DNA of 63,795 nucleotides, counting the filler, from Octopus bimaculoides (lineage: Eukaryota), in NCBI RefSeq assembly GCF_001194135.2. It is 8 parts of 8 records of this genome, joined end to end, with 100 filler letters (N's around TTAATTAATTAA, not from the genome) between each part and the next. Parts side by side here need not be neighbours in the genome. Positions count along the whole stretch, not along the records: positions 47,671 to 57,753 come from NC_068984.1; positions 57,854 to 62,308 come from NC_068986.1; positions 62,409 to 63,795 come from NW_026378362.1; 5 more parts are not named here. The stretch is one strand, 5' to 3'. Under the pieces are notes generated by a model that was not told the origin of the DNA, ran no database searches, and saw only the letters and a program-made list of their open reading frames with translations. Positions 51,912 to 63,540 of the stretch are shown here, in pieces (within the stretch, counting starts at the first letter, position 1; the number at the start of each line of letters is the position of its first letter). The position numbers and the translations under genes were made by a program.

Positions 51912-53259
51912 CTAATGTATATATAAGATNNNNNNNNNNNNNNNNNNNNNNNNNNNNNNNNNNNNNNNNNNNNNNNNNNNNNNNNNNNNNNNNNNNNNNN
52001 NNNNNNNNNNNNNNNNNNNNNNNNNNNNNNNNNNNNNNNNNNNNNNNNNNNNNNNNNNNNNNNNNNNNNNNNNNNNNNNNNNNNNNNNNNNNNNNNNNNN
52101 NNNNNNNNNNNNNNNNNNNNNNNNNNNNNNNNNNNNNNNNNNNNNNNNNNNNNNNNNNNNNNNNNNNNNNNNNNNNNNNNNNNNNNNNNNNNNNNNNNNN
52201 NNNNNNNNNNNNNNNNNNNNNNNNNNNNNNNNNNNNNNNNNNNNNNNNNNNNNNNNNNNNNNNNNNNNNNNNNNNNNNNNNNNNNNNNNNNNNNNNNNNN
52301 NNNNNNNNNNNNNNNNNNNNNNNNNNNNNNNNNNNNNNNNNNNNNNNNNNNNNNNNNNNNNNNNNNNNNNNNNNNNNNNNNNNNNNNNNNNNNNNNNNNN
52401 NNNNNNNNNNNNATCTTCTAAGATCTGGTCGTTTGACCACACACGCGTAACACAGCACCAACCAACCAGCCAGTTCCAGCGACGACATCAACAACCACTT
52501 CAACTATGACTACCAACATCGCCGCCAGCGTCAACATGACTTCTACACGTACACAAGCTACCAACAGCTAACCAAACAGCAACCGCAGCTTCTCTTCTCA
52601 ATCCTGTTTGTGTGAATCACCTCACCACGAAATAACAGCCAGAATTCAGCCTGCGAAGAACATCTGTATTCAAGAATCCGGCCCGGCATAGAAGCCCCAA
52701 CATCACGACGAGTGACCGCTCTGCCTTAACCTTAAACTCTTACATACAGACCTACAATCTAACTGTGTACCTCAACAGAACTGGTATTTCCTTATCCGTG
52801 TTACTGACTCTAATCTATACTCTGTAACTCTTACATACACATACACAATTTTGTTTACATGACGGCCAGTCTTATATTGTGTTTTATTATGTCGCATTCA
52901 CACACACACAGACATACAGTTTAATGCTCCAATAAATCTTACTGTTATTCATCTCACACGGTTGCGTTTCTATCGTTTTCTATTACTGGCATTCCTTCGC
53001 ATTCCACATGCGAACTCTATGTTATAGTATTATAACATATCAATATATTTTGTGGCGACCGTGTNNNNNNNNNNNNNNNNNNNNNNNNNNNNNNNNNNNN
53101 NNNNNNNNNNNNNNNNNNNNNNNNNNNNNNNNNNNNNNNNNNNNNNNNNNNNNNNNNNNNNNNNTATATATATGATGATGATGATGATGATATATATCCC
53201 TTTCATCATTCTAAAGTTCACATTATTTTCACGCACATGCGTGCGCACACACACATATA

Positions 53260-54436
53260 CAGGGTATCCCAAAAAATGTATACAAGCAATGAATAGTTAT
53301 AAACTGAGTGATTGTTGGAATACATTTCATTTTCAAAATTTAATAGAATTTACAGACTTACTTAATTTTTTAATGATTGCCTATTTTCACATTGATGACC
53401 ATTCTGGTCCAGGAACTTGCTTATAATGCAAGGCAATAGAATTGCAAGCATCAAGAAACATTTTGTTCGGTATTTGTGTGCATTCTTGTTCAATGGCTGC
53501 CCTCAGTTTGTCAATTGTTACCAGTTTTGTACCATAAACTTTACCTTTTATGTATTCTCATAAAAATATATAAAAAAGAAGGCAAGTGGTCTGGTGAACA
53601 CTGAGTAAATCTACTGAACCCTCTTTGTTAAATTCACCAGTTTTGCAAAACCTTATTAAGTCAGGCCCTTAAGATAAGTCTTATGCTAGTGAGGGAAAGG
53701 TCCATCTTGTGAGAAATTAAACATATTTTCAAAGTCCTCTTGAATGCTTGGCATGGCTGATTGTCACAGCAAGTCCAAGTAAATGGAACCAGTTATAGTA
53801 TTGATGATAAGCCACACCATACTATAACTCCTGGTAAATTAATATGTGGATTCCCAGGTTCTCCGTAGGTGCAATTGTGGAAGTTAGTTGAGCTATTTCT
53901 TTTGAATGTAGCGTCATCACTCCAAACAATTTTTGTTGAAAAGTGTGCATCTGCTACACATACTGTCAAGTACCACTTGCAAAACTTTGGTTTGATTCAT
54001 CTCTGTTGAGAGCATGGACTATTTTTGGAATGTAACGTTTCCAATGACAGCAATTCAAAATGTAACAGATGCTTGATTTTCAAATTCCTGACTCATGACT
54101 TGCTTGCTACACAGATTTTTCTTGAAGTCTGGTGTTTCAAGTACCCTTTATTGTTTTGCAAGGTTTTTCAATGTCTGCAGTTTTCTGAATTGTTTTTTGT
54201 GGACATTCTGAATAGATCCATCTTCTTCAAACTTCTCTCTAATTCAAGTGAATCTGTTTGAAACTCCCTAAATAAACAGTGCACTTTGTGTTTACAAATT
54301 TTCAGGAGCACTTGAGGAAAATTTCCTTTGTCCAAAGCTTATTTTGGTTCCTTTCATTCTTTCTAATACATTAAATTTAAAAAGAAGTGAAAATGACTTT
54401 TCAGATGTTAAGGCATGCATAGAATTTTAGGGGACG
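53260..54436 (-). mobile_element. Tc1/mariner-like element (DUF4817-type N-terminus), decayed; downstream of the 54587 exon, presumably in a UFL1 intron
   Basis: TA-CAGGGTATCCCAAAAAATGTATAC terminus. [26 protein letters not shown]...HNCTY...[13 protein letters not shown] and KVYGTK...LRAAIEQECTQIP. Confidence 0.8.
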
Positions 54437-54586
54437 TGTGTGTGTGTGTGTGTGTGTGCATGTGTGTGCGTGCGTGCGTGTAAACTGTAAAACTGAATGG
54501 AAACAGACATAGTCAATGTTATTATGCTGTTGCTGTACTTTTATTTTTATCGTTATTATTATTATGATTATCATTATTATTCTTAC

Positions 54587-54753
54587 CTGGGAACAGCTTT
54601 ATCCCTTTTTCAATCAGTAGTATATTCATCCACATTCCACAAACTTTCTCTTGTAACTCAGCAAATGTCTTTTTTCTGGCTGATGTTGTACCAGTGCCAG
54701 TTGATTCAAAAAACACAGTTTTGGCCATTTCTTGGTATTCTTGTGAAAGTGGT
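54587..54753 (-). CDS. UFL1: UFL1 next coding exon
   Basis: Acceptor tttctag| and donor G|GTAAGA. The 167 nt are in phase with the previous exon (AG+A=Arg) and read PLSQEYQEMAKTVFFESTGTGTTSARKKTFAELQEKVCGMWMNILLIEKGIKLFP, against human PLNKTYLEVVRSVFMSST...[29 protein letters not shown] (recalled). Confidence 0.92.
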
Positions 54754-54984
54754 CTAGAAAATAATAAAACAATCAATTGAGTAGTTAGGTCTTTAAGACC
54801 TGTTTAGTCCCAGATCAGTTCTGATAAAATTATAGGTTCAATCAAATGTAAGAGAGGCAGAAGAATAACAGCAAGGCTAATGGTGAAAGTTTTTGTATGT
54901 GGTGCCATAAAGTCCAAAGTCACACAGAAAATTGATTTTCTGAAATACTGTGGAGGCTCCCCCATGAGGTAGTAGATAGTTTCT

Positions 54985-55480
54985 GTTACCTAGGTAATCT
55001 AATCATCAGTAGAGAAGGATGTTCCGAAGATGTAGTTGCTAAAATAAGACTAGGATGGAGAAAGTTCTGAGAGCTATTACCTTTCTTGGCAACAAAATGT
55101 CTATCTCCCTCTCCTAGAGAGAGGCATATTGTTTGATACAGTAGCAAGACATAGGCCCTGACTGCAGAGGACATACAGAGACTAGAGAAGAATGAAGCTA
55201 GTATGTTTTGTTGGATGTGCAATATTAGCATGCATATACAACAAAGCACAGATATATTGAGAGAAAAGTTAGAAATAAGAGAAATCAGATGTAGCATGCA
55301 AGAGGTCTGTGCTGGTTTGGTTGTGTGATGCATATGGATAAGGACAGTTGCATGGAAGAGGGAGACCCAGGAAGACATGGGATGAAATACTGAAGGCTGA
55401 TTTCACATCTCATAATCCTGAGCCTTATGGAGATGACAAAGGACCAAGATGATTGGTGTTTTGCTGTGCTCGAGAAGACC
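54985..55480 (+). mobile_element. RTE-type LINE 3' remnant in a UFL1 intron
   Basis: GCSEDVVAKIRLGWRKF*ELLPFLATK...EDIQRLEKNEASMFCWMCNI...LREKLEIREIRCSMQE. Confidence 0.72.
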
Positions 55481-56588
55481 CAACCATAACAGCATATATG
55501 GTATCCTAAAACCACTTGGCTACATTTGTAAACACAAGGCCCTGTACCCTTCTTCTCTTCCCTCTCTAAGATATGTTAAAAATTCCCCCAGTCATTTTTA
55601 TCCCTCCCCCATCTATGGTACTACTTGGCTTCTGTATTTACCTGGGAGTAGAATCAGCACATATTATATCCTGCCCTGTTCCTAACAGTTTGCCCACACT
55701 ATTTCAACAAATCACCTTCTTTCTATGCCTTCATCCACTGCTATATCACTCCCCTGATATACTCCATTTTAAACACCTCTCTTATCTGCTATCATTCTCA
55801 ATGCCTTCTTATATCTACCATGAAACCCCACTTATTATAGTCCCTTATGTATCCCTATATCTTAGAGGCCCTGGAAGAATTTCAAATATGCTACCTTTTA
55901 AAAGGTATATCAGCCATGACCATCCCATCTCTCTTCCAGGAACAATGCATCAAGAGATACATTATTCAACATGTCCTTTTCTAAGACTATACAGTATGAT
56001 TTCTAGCATTCTGAGTGCATATTGCTTCAATGCACATTGCTATTGGTATTGTGTGTGCACACGCGTGTGAACATCCTACTCTACCTCCCCAACAATAGTC
56101 TTATAAAAAGATACCAAAATGTTGAATTCTAGTATTAACGTAAGGATCCATGAGGATACAGATGACCAGGCTCTTGTAAATTACTGGTACTTGAGTTATT
56201 GATGTTCAGCCTAGGATTGGCTCTTATTCAAAGGCATCCCACCTGTGACTATTCTATCTAAGCAGTCCCCTTTGTTTGTATGATTTGAGAGAGATTTTAT
56301 TGCTATGTGTACCAAATCCAGTGAATATGGAAAGGCTCTCACATAGGCCATTTGGTATTTAGGTTATGAACGAAAGAAAGAAAGCAATGTGTAGTTAACA
56401 TTTGTGTGATTTGAACTCAGAATTTACAGAAATGTAAATGTCAGGCACTTTGTCTAGTGCCTTACTGATTTCACAATTCACTGCCTTTAACATGGCAAAA
56501 TATTGCAACATAACTGAAAACACTACAATTCCAGATAAAAACAAATGATAATGAGGAGGAGGAGGAGGTAGAGAGTGAGAAGACATAC

Positions 56589-56847
56589 CTGTATAACTGT
56601 GTTGCAATCTCCGTAACGAGTTCTTCTGGGGAATCAAGCAATTTCTTTTCTTTCTTCAAGATTTCTTCAATTTCATCAATTTCCATGAAACTTAATGTTT
56701 TGTGTTGTCCAGACACCTCTTCATCAGAATCTTCATTACCACCTTTACTGCTGCCACTAGCACAATATTTCTTCTTTGTTACTTTAGTTTTTACTTCCCG
56801 GGCCTGTGAACCACTAGCACCACCACCACCACCACCTTTGCTGCCAC
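56589..56847 (-). CDS. UFL1: UFL1 (E3 UFM1-protein ligase 1) internal coding exon
   Basis: Acceptor ...gcatag| at 56848-49 and donor AG|GTATGT at 56588. The 259 nt are open and read GSKGGGGGGASGSQAREVKTKVTKKKY...EDSDEE...LSFMEIDEIEEILKKEKKLLDSPEELVTEIATQLYR. This matches, from memory, human UFL1 GGGGNAREYKIKKVKKK...DDDSDDE...ISFMFQDEIEDFL...DAPEEFISELAEYL. Confidence 0.92.
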
Positions 56848-56964
56848 CTATGCAGTGTTAAAAAAATATTAAGTTTTGATATTTAAAGGCCCAACTGAAA
56901 ATATATCAACCTCGGTCTTTGACTCAAGGCACACCTAACTGGTTCTTTAATTCAAGATATATGT

Positions 56965-57003
<39 letters not shown>

Positions 57004-57007
<4 letters not shown>

Positions 57008-57470
57008 GTGTTCAGACAAAGTTTGACAGTTTGTATAAAAGGAAAATAAAATACAATATCCCATCCAAAAATAAAAATATTTTAAGAAATCAAAAAATAT
57101 CAACTAGATTATGGCTGAGAGATAACAGTTTATATAAAGTAGCCTTCTTCAGCTTCCACCATAGCCTCAAGATAACTCTGGAACCTAGTGTAGGCATTTC
57201 TCACTGTGTCTGGCCACTGGCTTGACCTTGGTGTAGCAGGTAGAGTGGTTGGTGTCTTCTCAACTGCACCCACACACAAAGTAATTCATGGGATTACAAT
57301 AGGCGGAATTAGAAGGTCAGAAATTTGGGCTGGCAAAGTTGTAGAAATTCTCTGACAACCACTTCTGACTCTTTCTGGCAGTATAGCAAGGAGCTGAATC
57401 CTGCTGTCACATATATGGTCTTCAAACAGCAACCCTCTCCAACCAGTGTCTGACCAGTCTCCAACAGCTT
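57004..57470 (-). mobile_element. 3' end of the same maT-like family as 6593-7501
   Basis: CAGGGTGTTCAGACAAAGTTTGA TIR and colinear similarity to 6593-7080. Confidence 0.75.
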
Positions 57471-57474
57471 CACA

Positions 57475-57753
57475 TCATCATCATCATCATCATCGTTTAA
57501 CGTCCGCTTTCCATGCTAGCATGGGTTGGACGATTTGACTGAGGACTGGTGAAACCGGATGGCAACACCAGGCTCCAATCTAATTTGGCAGAGTTTCTAC
57601 AGCTGGATGCCCTTCCTAACGCCAACCACTCAGAGAGTGTAGTGGGTGCTTTTACGTGTCACCCGCACGAAAACGGCCACGCTCGAAATGGTGTCTTTTA
57701 TGTGCCACACGCATAAGCCAGTCCAGGGGCACTGGCAACGATCTCACTCGAAA
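57475..57753 (-). mobile_element. SINE family E (3' end, (GAT)n tail)
   Basis: (CAT)n then CGTTTAACGTCCGC...TTTCTACAGCTGGATGCCCTTCCTAACGCCAACC, a recalled RTE-associated SINE core. Confidence 0.65.
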
Positions 57754-57880
57754 NNNNNNNNNNNNNNNNNNNNNNNNNNNNNNNNNNNNNNNNNNNNTTA
57801 ATTAATTAANNNNNNNNNNNNNNNNNNNNNNNNNNNNNNNNNNNNNNNNNNNNTATATATATATATATATATTGCGTGGT

Positions 57881-58180
57881 GGAGGCGCAATGGCCCGGAC
57901 CGGGCGTTGTGAGTGTTTATGGAGCAAAAACACCTAAAGCTCCACGAGGCTCCGGCAGGGGATGGTGGCAAACCCTGCTGTACTCTTTCACCACAACTAT
58001 CTCTCACTCTTTCTTCCTGTTTCTGTTGTCACACTATGTCACGCTGAATATCCCCGAGAACTACATTAAGGGTACGCGTGCCTGTGGAGTGCTCAGCCAC
58101 TTGCACGTTAATTTCACGTGCAGGCTGTTCCGTAGATCAGATCAACCGGAACCCTCGACGTCGTGAGCGACTGAGTGCCC
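57881..58180 (+). mobile_element. tRNA-derived SINE, family A (internal deletions)
   Basis: Colinear with the other family A copies. ATATATTGCGTG-like TSD on both sides. Confidence 0.85.
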
Positions 58181-58189
58181 CCTCCATAT

Positions 58190-58475
58190 ATTGCGTGATC
58201 AAGTGATCGACCAGTCTATTGGATGCTGTTATACACCGCTGGTCAAAATGCGCTTTGCATCGTTTTAGCTCCTGACTGATACCACCCCACCAGTGGCTAG
58301 TCGAGCAGACCAACATTCCCTCTGAACGGAAGGCTACTCTGACGCACGATTTCCCGTTTGCAGCTGAGTAAACTGAAGCCACATGAAATTAAGTGTTTTG
58401 ATCGAAACCACAACGAGTGCCCTGTCCGAGAATTGAAATCACGATCTAATGAGTACTAGGCCACGCACCTACACA
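58190..58475 (-). mobile_element. tRNA-type SINE, family D
   Basis: CAGCTGAGTAAACTGAAG...AAGTGTTTTG...CACAAC...GAATTGAAATCACGATC. Confidence 0.55.
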
Positions 58476-58562
58476 CGCACAAGCACTCACAGACGCATAG
58501 ACACTACTACCACCACCACCACCACACCATACACACACATCACACATACATACATACATACA

Positions 58563-58596
<34 letters not shown>

Positions 58597-58869
58597 CATG
58601 TACGCATTCATTACTTCCAAATTTCAGTGGGATTGATCGGATTGTAGTGAAAGTATGTTTAAGTTGTTACACTCGCGATAACGAGATCGCTCATTCGGTT
58701 CCCGGACCAAACGCTGTTTTGTTATCTTGAGCAAAAACATTTAATTCCACGTTACTCCTGTTCCCACAGCAGCAAAATGAATAACTCCGCAACGGACCGG
58801 TGATCTGTTGAGGGTTAATGTTCTGGCCCCGGTCATACAGTACGGAAAGAGGGTAACCCGTCCCATGAA

Positions 58870-59600
58870 TCCTTACTTTCTTTGATTGCAGCCACAGATG
58901 TTAATATATTTGGCATAAAGCGTGTATGAAATACTCCTTCGTGGGTCTCTCTTGTGCTTTTCATAGCCGTAAATGTTGTTGGTTGTTAGTACAATTTCCG
59001 GCTCTGAAGAATCCGGCTAGTCTTCGTGATACAGTTTAGGACAAGTTGATGATGTGCATTACCCAAGAGAGTTCCTTATGTATAGCCAAGCTTAGCATTT
59101 GTTTGCCTAGTATGATGTCTTGCATGCTATCAACTTTAATGCGGTAAATAACATTTCTTCGTTATGTACAGTGGTTTCGTCATTATGCTGTTAAATGACG
59201 TGTTTTTCGTATAAAGCTATTCATGGTACTTTTGTAGGTCTTTATTTATGGATACTGCGCTGATTTGGTGTGAAGTAACAAGGCTGCATGCTAACATGTT
59301 GAGTACGGATGTTCAGGAGTGGAAGTTTTGAGAAGCAATAACAGCTAGGCCTTTTAAAGCATATGTGAATGAAAAGGGAAGCAAACGCGAACACGTGGAC
59401 ACAGCAAATTGATAAAATGTGAGTTAGTGAGAGCTCCATCGTCACAGTCTGAGATGATGCACTCTGAGAAATAATTACCAATTCAAGAAATGGAATACAC
59501 ATGATGCCTATAGCTAGGCAATTTTGCGAGGAAATTGTCTGGGATAGATCTTCGCTTCATCGCGAAGAACGTGCTGCTTTGGAATACACATCAATTTTTC
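58870..59600 (-). mobile_element. Decayed CR1/Jockey-like LINE
   Basis: LSLAIHKELSWVMHIINLS*TVSRRLAGFFRA...LRL*KAQERPTKEY matches the post-RT segment of these clades. Confidence 0.55.
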
Positions 59601-60027
59601 CATAAAATAAACATTTCTTTCACAATCTAAACTGTTTTATGAATAACGTTTTTTTTTAAATAATTCTACAGAGGCTTGTAAAATGGATCACCAGGGGCAA
59701 AATGTTAAAAAGGTCAACCGCAACAACGGAACAATCGGAAGACGAATAACAGAGCAGATATTACAAAGCAAGGATATTTGAAAAGCACACGGAAATGACA
59801 TATTTCAAAATTCGATGCTAAAGTGTTTTCGATTTCAGAAAAGCCAACAAATAAAAGACAGGAACCCAGGTAACAGACAGCTGTTCAGATGCTAGAGTTA
59901 CAATAACAGAAATTATTCTAATATTGAAATATCAGAATCTAAACTAAAAATAAATTCACAAAATATCATGCAAAGATACAGCAGTGAATGAGACTCTAAT
60001 TCATAGAGAAAGAAAGCAGTGTATTTA

Positions 60028-60140
60028 AGGTGCAGGTGTAGTTGTCTGGTAAGAAGCTTGCTTCGCAACCACATGGTTCTGGGTTCAGTCCCATTGCGTG
60101 GCACCTTGGGCAAGTGTCTTCTACTATAGCCTCGGGTCGA
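60028..60140 (+). mobile_element. SINE family B, 5' fragment
   Basis: GGTAAGAAGCTTGCTT...GGGTTCAGTCCCATTGCGTGGCACCTTGGG. Confidence 0.8.
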
Positions 60141-60962
60141 ATTTGCTTGTTTCGCAAGGTTATGACTGACAAATATAGTGACCTTGTTTGAGCGAAAAAT
60201 ACCTCGGGGCACATTCTGCATACAAGATTTAATCAATCTATATTTGCACTTTTATTTCTTTCAATCATACCAAGAGGGACGCATAAACACACACGGAGAC
60301 CACAAATGGAAATATATGTAAGCGAATCCAAGAAGTTGCGAAGCGAACGTCTTGACAATTCTGCCGCATTGCGACTCAATTACACCAAGAAATAATTTTG
60401 ACATTATCTCCCTTGTTTATTAATTTCCAGAGAACTACTTAAAAGGAAGAAAATATTAACTGATAAATCAAATGCATCATTATAAAACAAATAGCACCCC
60501 ATATATGAAAACAAAAATGTACAAATTACCATATATATATATATATATATGTATGAAGAGTTACACGTCGAAAACACATTATGCATGTATATACATTAAG
60601 CAATCTGCAAATACTTCCACGTTATAACAGCAGATTCCAACAGCACTCTTAGAAATATCTATAGAGATGGGCGAAGACATTATAAGAAACCGCTTTTGTG
60701 TCGTAATTAAGAATGAAAAGAAAAGCTATGCACAATAGTAGAAAGCTTGTTCTGTCTCGTTACAAGTATCCCGTAAAAGCAATAAAAAATTATCGAAATC
60801 TATGAACATCGAATTCTAATTAATCAATTTGTGTTTTATGGGCGTAAGTTCAGTATCAGTAGTAAGTGATGCAGTTGCTACAATAAAAAATCGAAATAAT
60901 ATAAAAAATACACTCCAAAACATATATCGCAAGTTTACGTGTAATTCTCCACAAAAGTTGTA

Positions 60963-61184
60963 CAGTAATCTCTCGGCTATCGCAGGTGTTACGTTCCAAC
61001 CCCCGATAGGTGAAAATCCGTGAAGTAGAAACTGTACTGTATTTTTTCATTGCTTTATGATTTGTATATATTTATTTTATTATAAATGCAAAACAACACC
61101 ACAGAGGAATCGACGTAAACTTAAATAAGAAACCGCGATAGGTGAACCGCGATAAGTGAACCGTGATGTGGCAAGGGATTACTG
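60963..61184. mobile_element. Tigger/pogo-like MITE
   Basis: TA|CAGTAATCTCTCG ... GCAAGGGATTACTG|TA, 222 bp, non-coding. Confidence 0.8.
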
Positions 61185-61583
61185 TAGTAGGTAATACAAG
61201 CATTCTACCACGAATGCTTTTCACGGTGCAGTATTTTCAGACGAAAAAAGACCATGAAAAAAATGACAGCAACAAGAAGGCCTTCACAAAAGCAAATTTG
61301 AAAAGGACAAAAGACAATGGCTGAGGACCCTATAAAAGCAGAAGGACATTGGATAGCATACCAAACAACATTGGAAATAATGAAAATACACAATGATAAT
61401 GACAAAAAGAAGGACGAAGCAGAACAGGAGGCGGAGAAATGTGATAGATGGTATTCATGATGGTAATTATATGCTGATCGCGATATCTGTAACGGGGTCA
61501 AGACAAATTTATTGACAAACCCATAGCGACTCGAGCGGAAACCAATATATTATTAGTGCTTATTCGTTGCTTCTCTTACTGTA

Positions 61584-61787
61584 TTAGGTTGGTGCATAAT
61601 TATTGCGGCTTTTTTTCAATAAATTTTATTCAACAGAAACAGTAACAACATTTAACAAAAGATCTTTAAATGATTATTCCGGAGCATATTCACCATCTAC
61701 TTCAATTTCTGCTTCGCGTTTTGTTAAAATTTTTTTGTTGAATAAAATTTATTAAGAAAAAGCGGAAATAATTATGTACCAACCCAA
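61584..61787. mobile_element. mariner-derived MITE (MADE1-like TIR)
   Basis: TA|TTAGGTTGGTGCATAATTATTGCGG ... AATAATTATGTACCAACCCAA|TA, with inverted arms of about 60 bp. Confidence 0.85.
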
Positions 61788-61864
61788 TATAATTCTAAGA
61801 TTGCCCACATTCAGCACACATTAGTTCATAATAGTTTATCCTATCCTTACGCAGTTCTGCATTC

Positions 61865-62045
61865 ACTCAGGGCAAAATGTTTAGCAGCATTTCGGTGTTT
61901 GCGTTTTCGAGTTCAAATTCCGTGGAAGACGACTTTGCTTTTCATTCATTCGGGGTCCAGAAAATAAGTATCAGATGAACCCTGGGATCGATGCAATCGA
62001 CTTGTCCCTCCCTCTAAATTGCTGACCTAGGGTAAAAATTTGAAA
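61865..62045 (+). mobile_element. SINE family C fragment
   Basis: GAGTTCAAATTCCGTGGAAGACGACTTTGCTTTTCATTCATTCGGGGTC. Confidence 0.65.
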
Positions 62046-62586
62046 TCTTTATTACTCTCTCTTTACTCTTTTACTCTTTTACTCTTTTACTTGTTTCAGT
62101 CATTTCACTGCGGCCATGCTGAAGCACCACATTTAGTCGAGCAAATCTACCCCAGGACGTATTCTTTGTAAGCTTAGTACTTATTCTATCGGTCTCTTTT
62201 GCCGAACCGCTAAGTTACGGGGACTTAAACACACCAGCATCGGTTGTCAAGTGATGTTAGGGGGAACAAACACACACACACAAACACACACACACACACA
62301 CACACACANNNNNNNNNNNNNNNNNNNNNNNNNNNNNNNNNNNNNNNNNNNNTTAATTAATTAANNNNNNNNNNNNNNNNNNNNNNNNNNNNNNNNNNNN
62401 NNNNNNNNATATATATATGTATATATATATATGTATATATATATATGTATATACATACGACGGGCTTCTTTCAATTTCCCTCTGTCAAATCCACTCACAA
62501 GGCTTTGGTCGGCCCGAGGCTATAGTAGAAGACACTTGCCCGAGGTGCCACGCAGTGGGACTGAACCCGGAACCATGTGGTTGGTT
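62046..62586 (-). mobile_element. SINE family B spanning an artificial spacer
   Basis: The 3' half (62046-62308) and 5' half (62409-62586) are in the correct order and orientation. The break is in the internal microsatellite. Confidence 0.8.
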
Positions 62587-62929
62587 ATATACCAGGGTTT
62601 TGTTTTCCTTGATTACGATTTTGTCATTTTTGTTTATTCATTTAATTTTGTTTGTTCCGATGCTAAACTTATAACGTGTCCGGTATATCTATATGCATAT
62701 ATATATATTTATAAAAGAATACGTAAAAATGGGACAAGAACGCAAAACATCCAGACAGTTAAATGATACAAAAAAATGGGGCCAAAAAAAATATATATTC
62801 GGAGTAGACAACCTTCTGGTATATGTATATCGTCAGTAAATCATAAATCCGGAAAAGAAGCACATTCTAAGTTATGGAATAGTAGAGTTTATAGATAAAG
62901 ATAGACGTGGCCGGTCTATGGGGTTATAC

Positions 62930-63046
62930 GGGATTTCACGTTCATGAAAGCGCTTGGTTTTACAGCATTTCTACAGACCCGTTCGCCTCGGATTTTAGGG
63001 TCTGAAGAAATGCTGTAAAGCTAAGCGTTTTATGGACGTAAAACCC
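62930..63046 (+). ncRNA. Long imperfect hairpin (candidate structured RNA or foldback remnant)
   Basis: Arms 62930-62980 and 62998-63046 give about 47 pairs with a 17-nt loop. Confidence 0.3.
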
Positions 63047-63058
63047 AGGGACGTATTA

Positions 63059-63108
<50 letters not shown>

Positions 63109-63143
63109 TTCTGTGTGCGTATGTATATATATATATATACATA

Positions 63144-63305
63144 GGCGCAGGAGTGGCTGTGTGGTAAGTAGCTTGATTCCCAATCACATGGTTCCGGGCT
63201 CAGCCCCACTGCGTGGCACCTGAGGCAAGAGGCCTCTACTATAGCCTCGGGCCGACCAAAGCCTTGTGAGTGGATTTGGTACACGGAAACTGAAAGAGTC
63301 CCGTC
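63144..63305 (+). mobile_element. SINE family B, 5' part
   Basis: GGCGCAGGAGTGGCTGTGTGGTAAG...ACGGAAACTGAAAGA. Confidence 0.88.
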
Positions 63306-63306
63306 T

Positions 63307-63349
<43 letters not shown>

Positions 63350-63540
63350 ACACATGTATATCTGTCGGTATATGTTTGCGTTTATATTTCCTTTCGGCAT
63401 TGTAATACAAATAAGCAGGTGTAGTACTCAATACACGTATGCTTTTGTATGAAAAGTTAGACGAGTACAGAGAGGTAATTAGAAAACGAGATGAGGAATT
63501 AATGAACAATTTGTCTTCATATATACATTCGTAAGACAAT

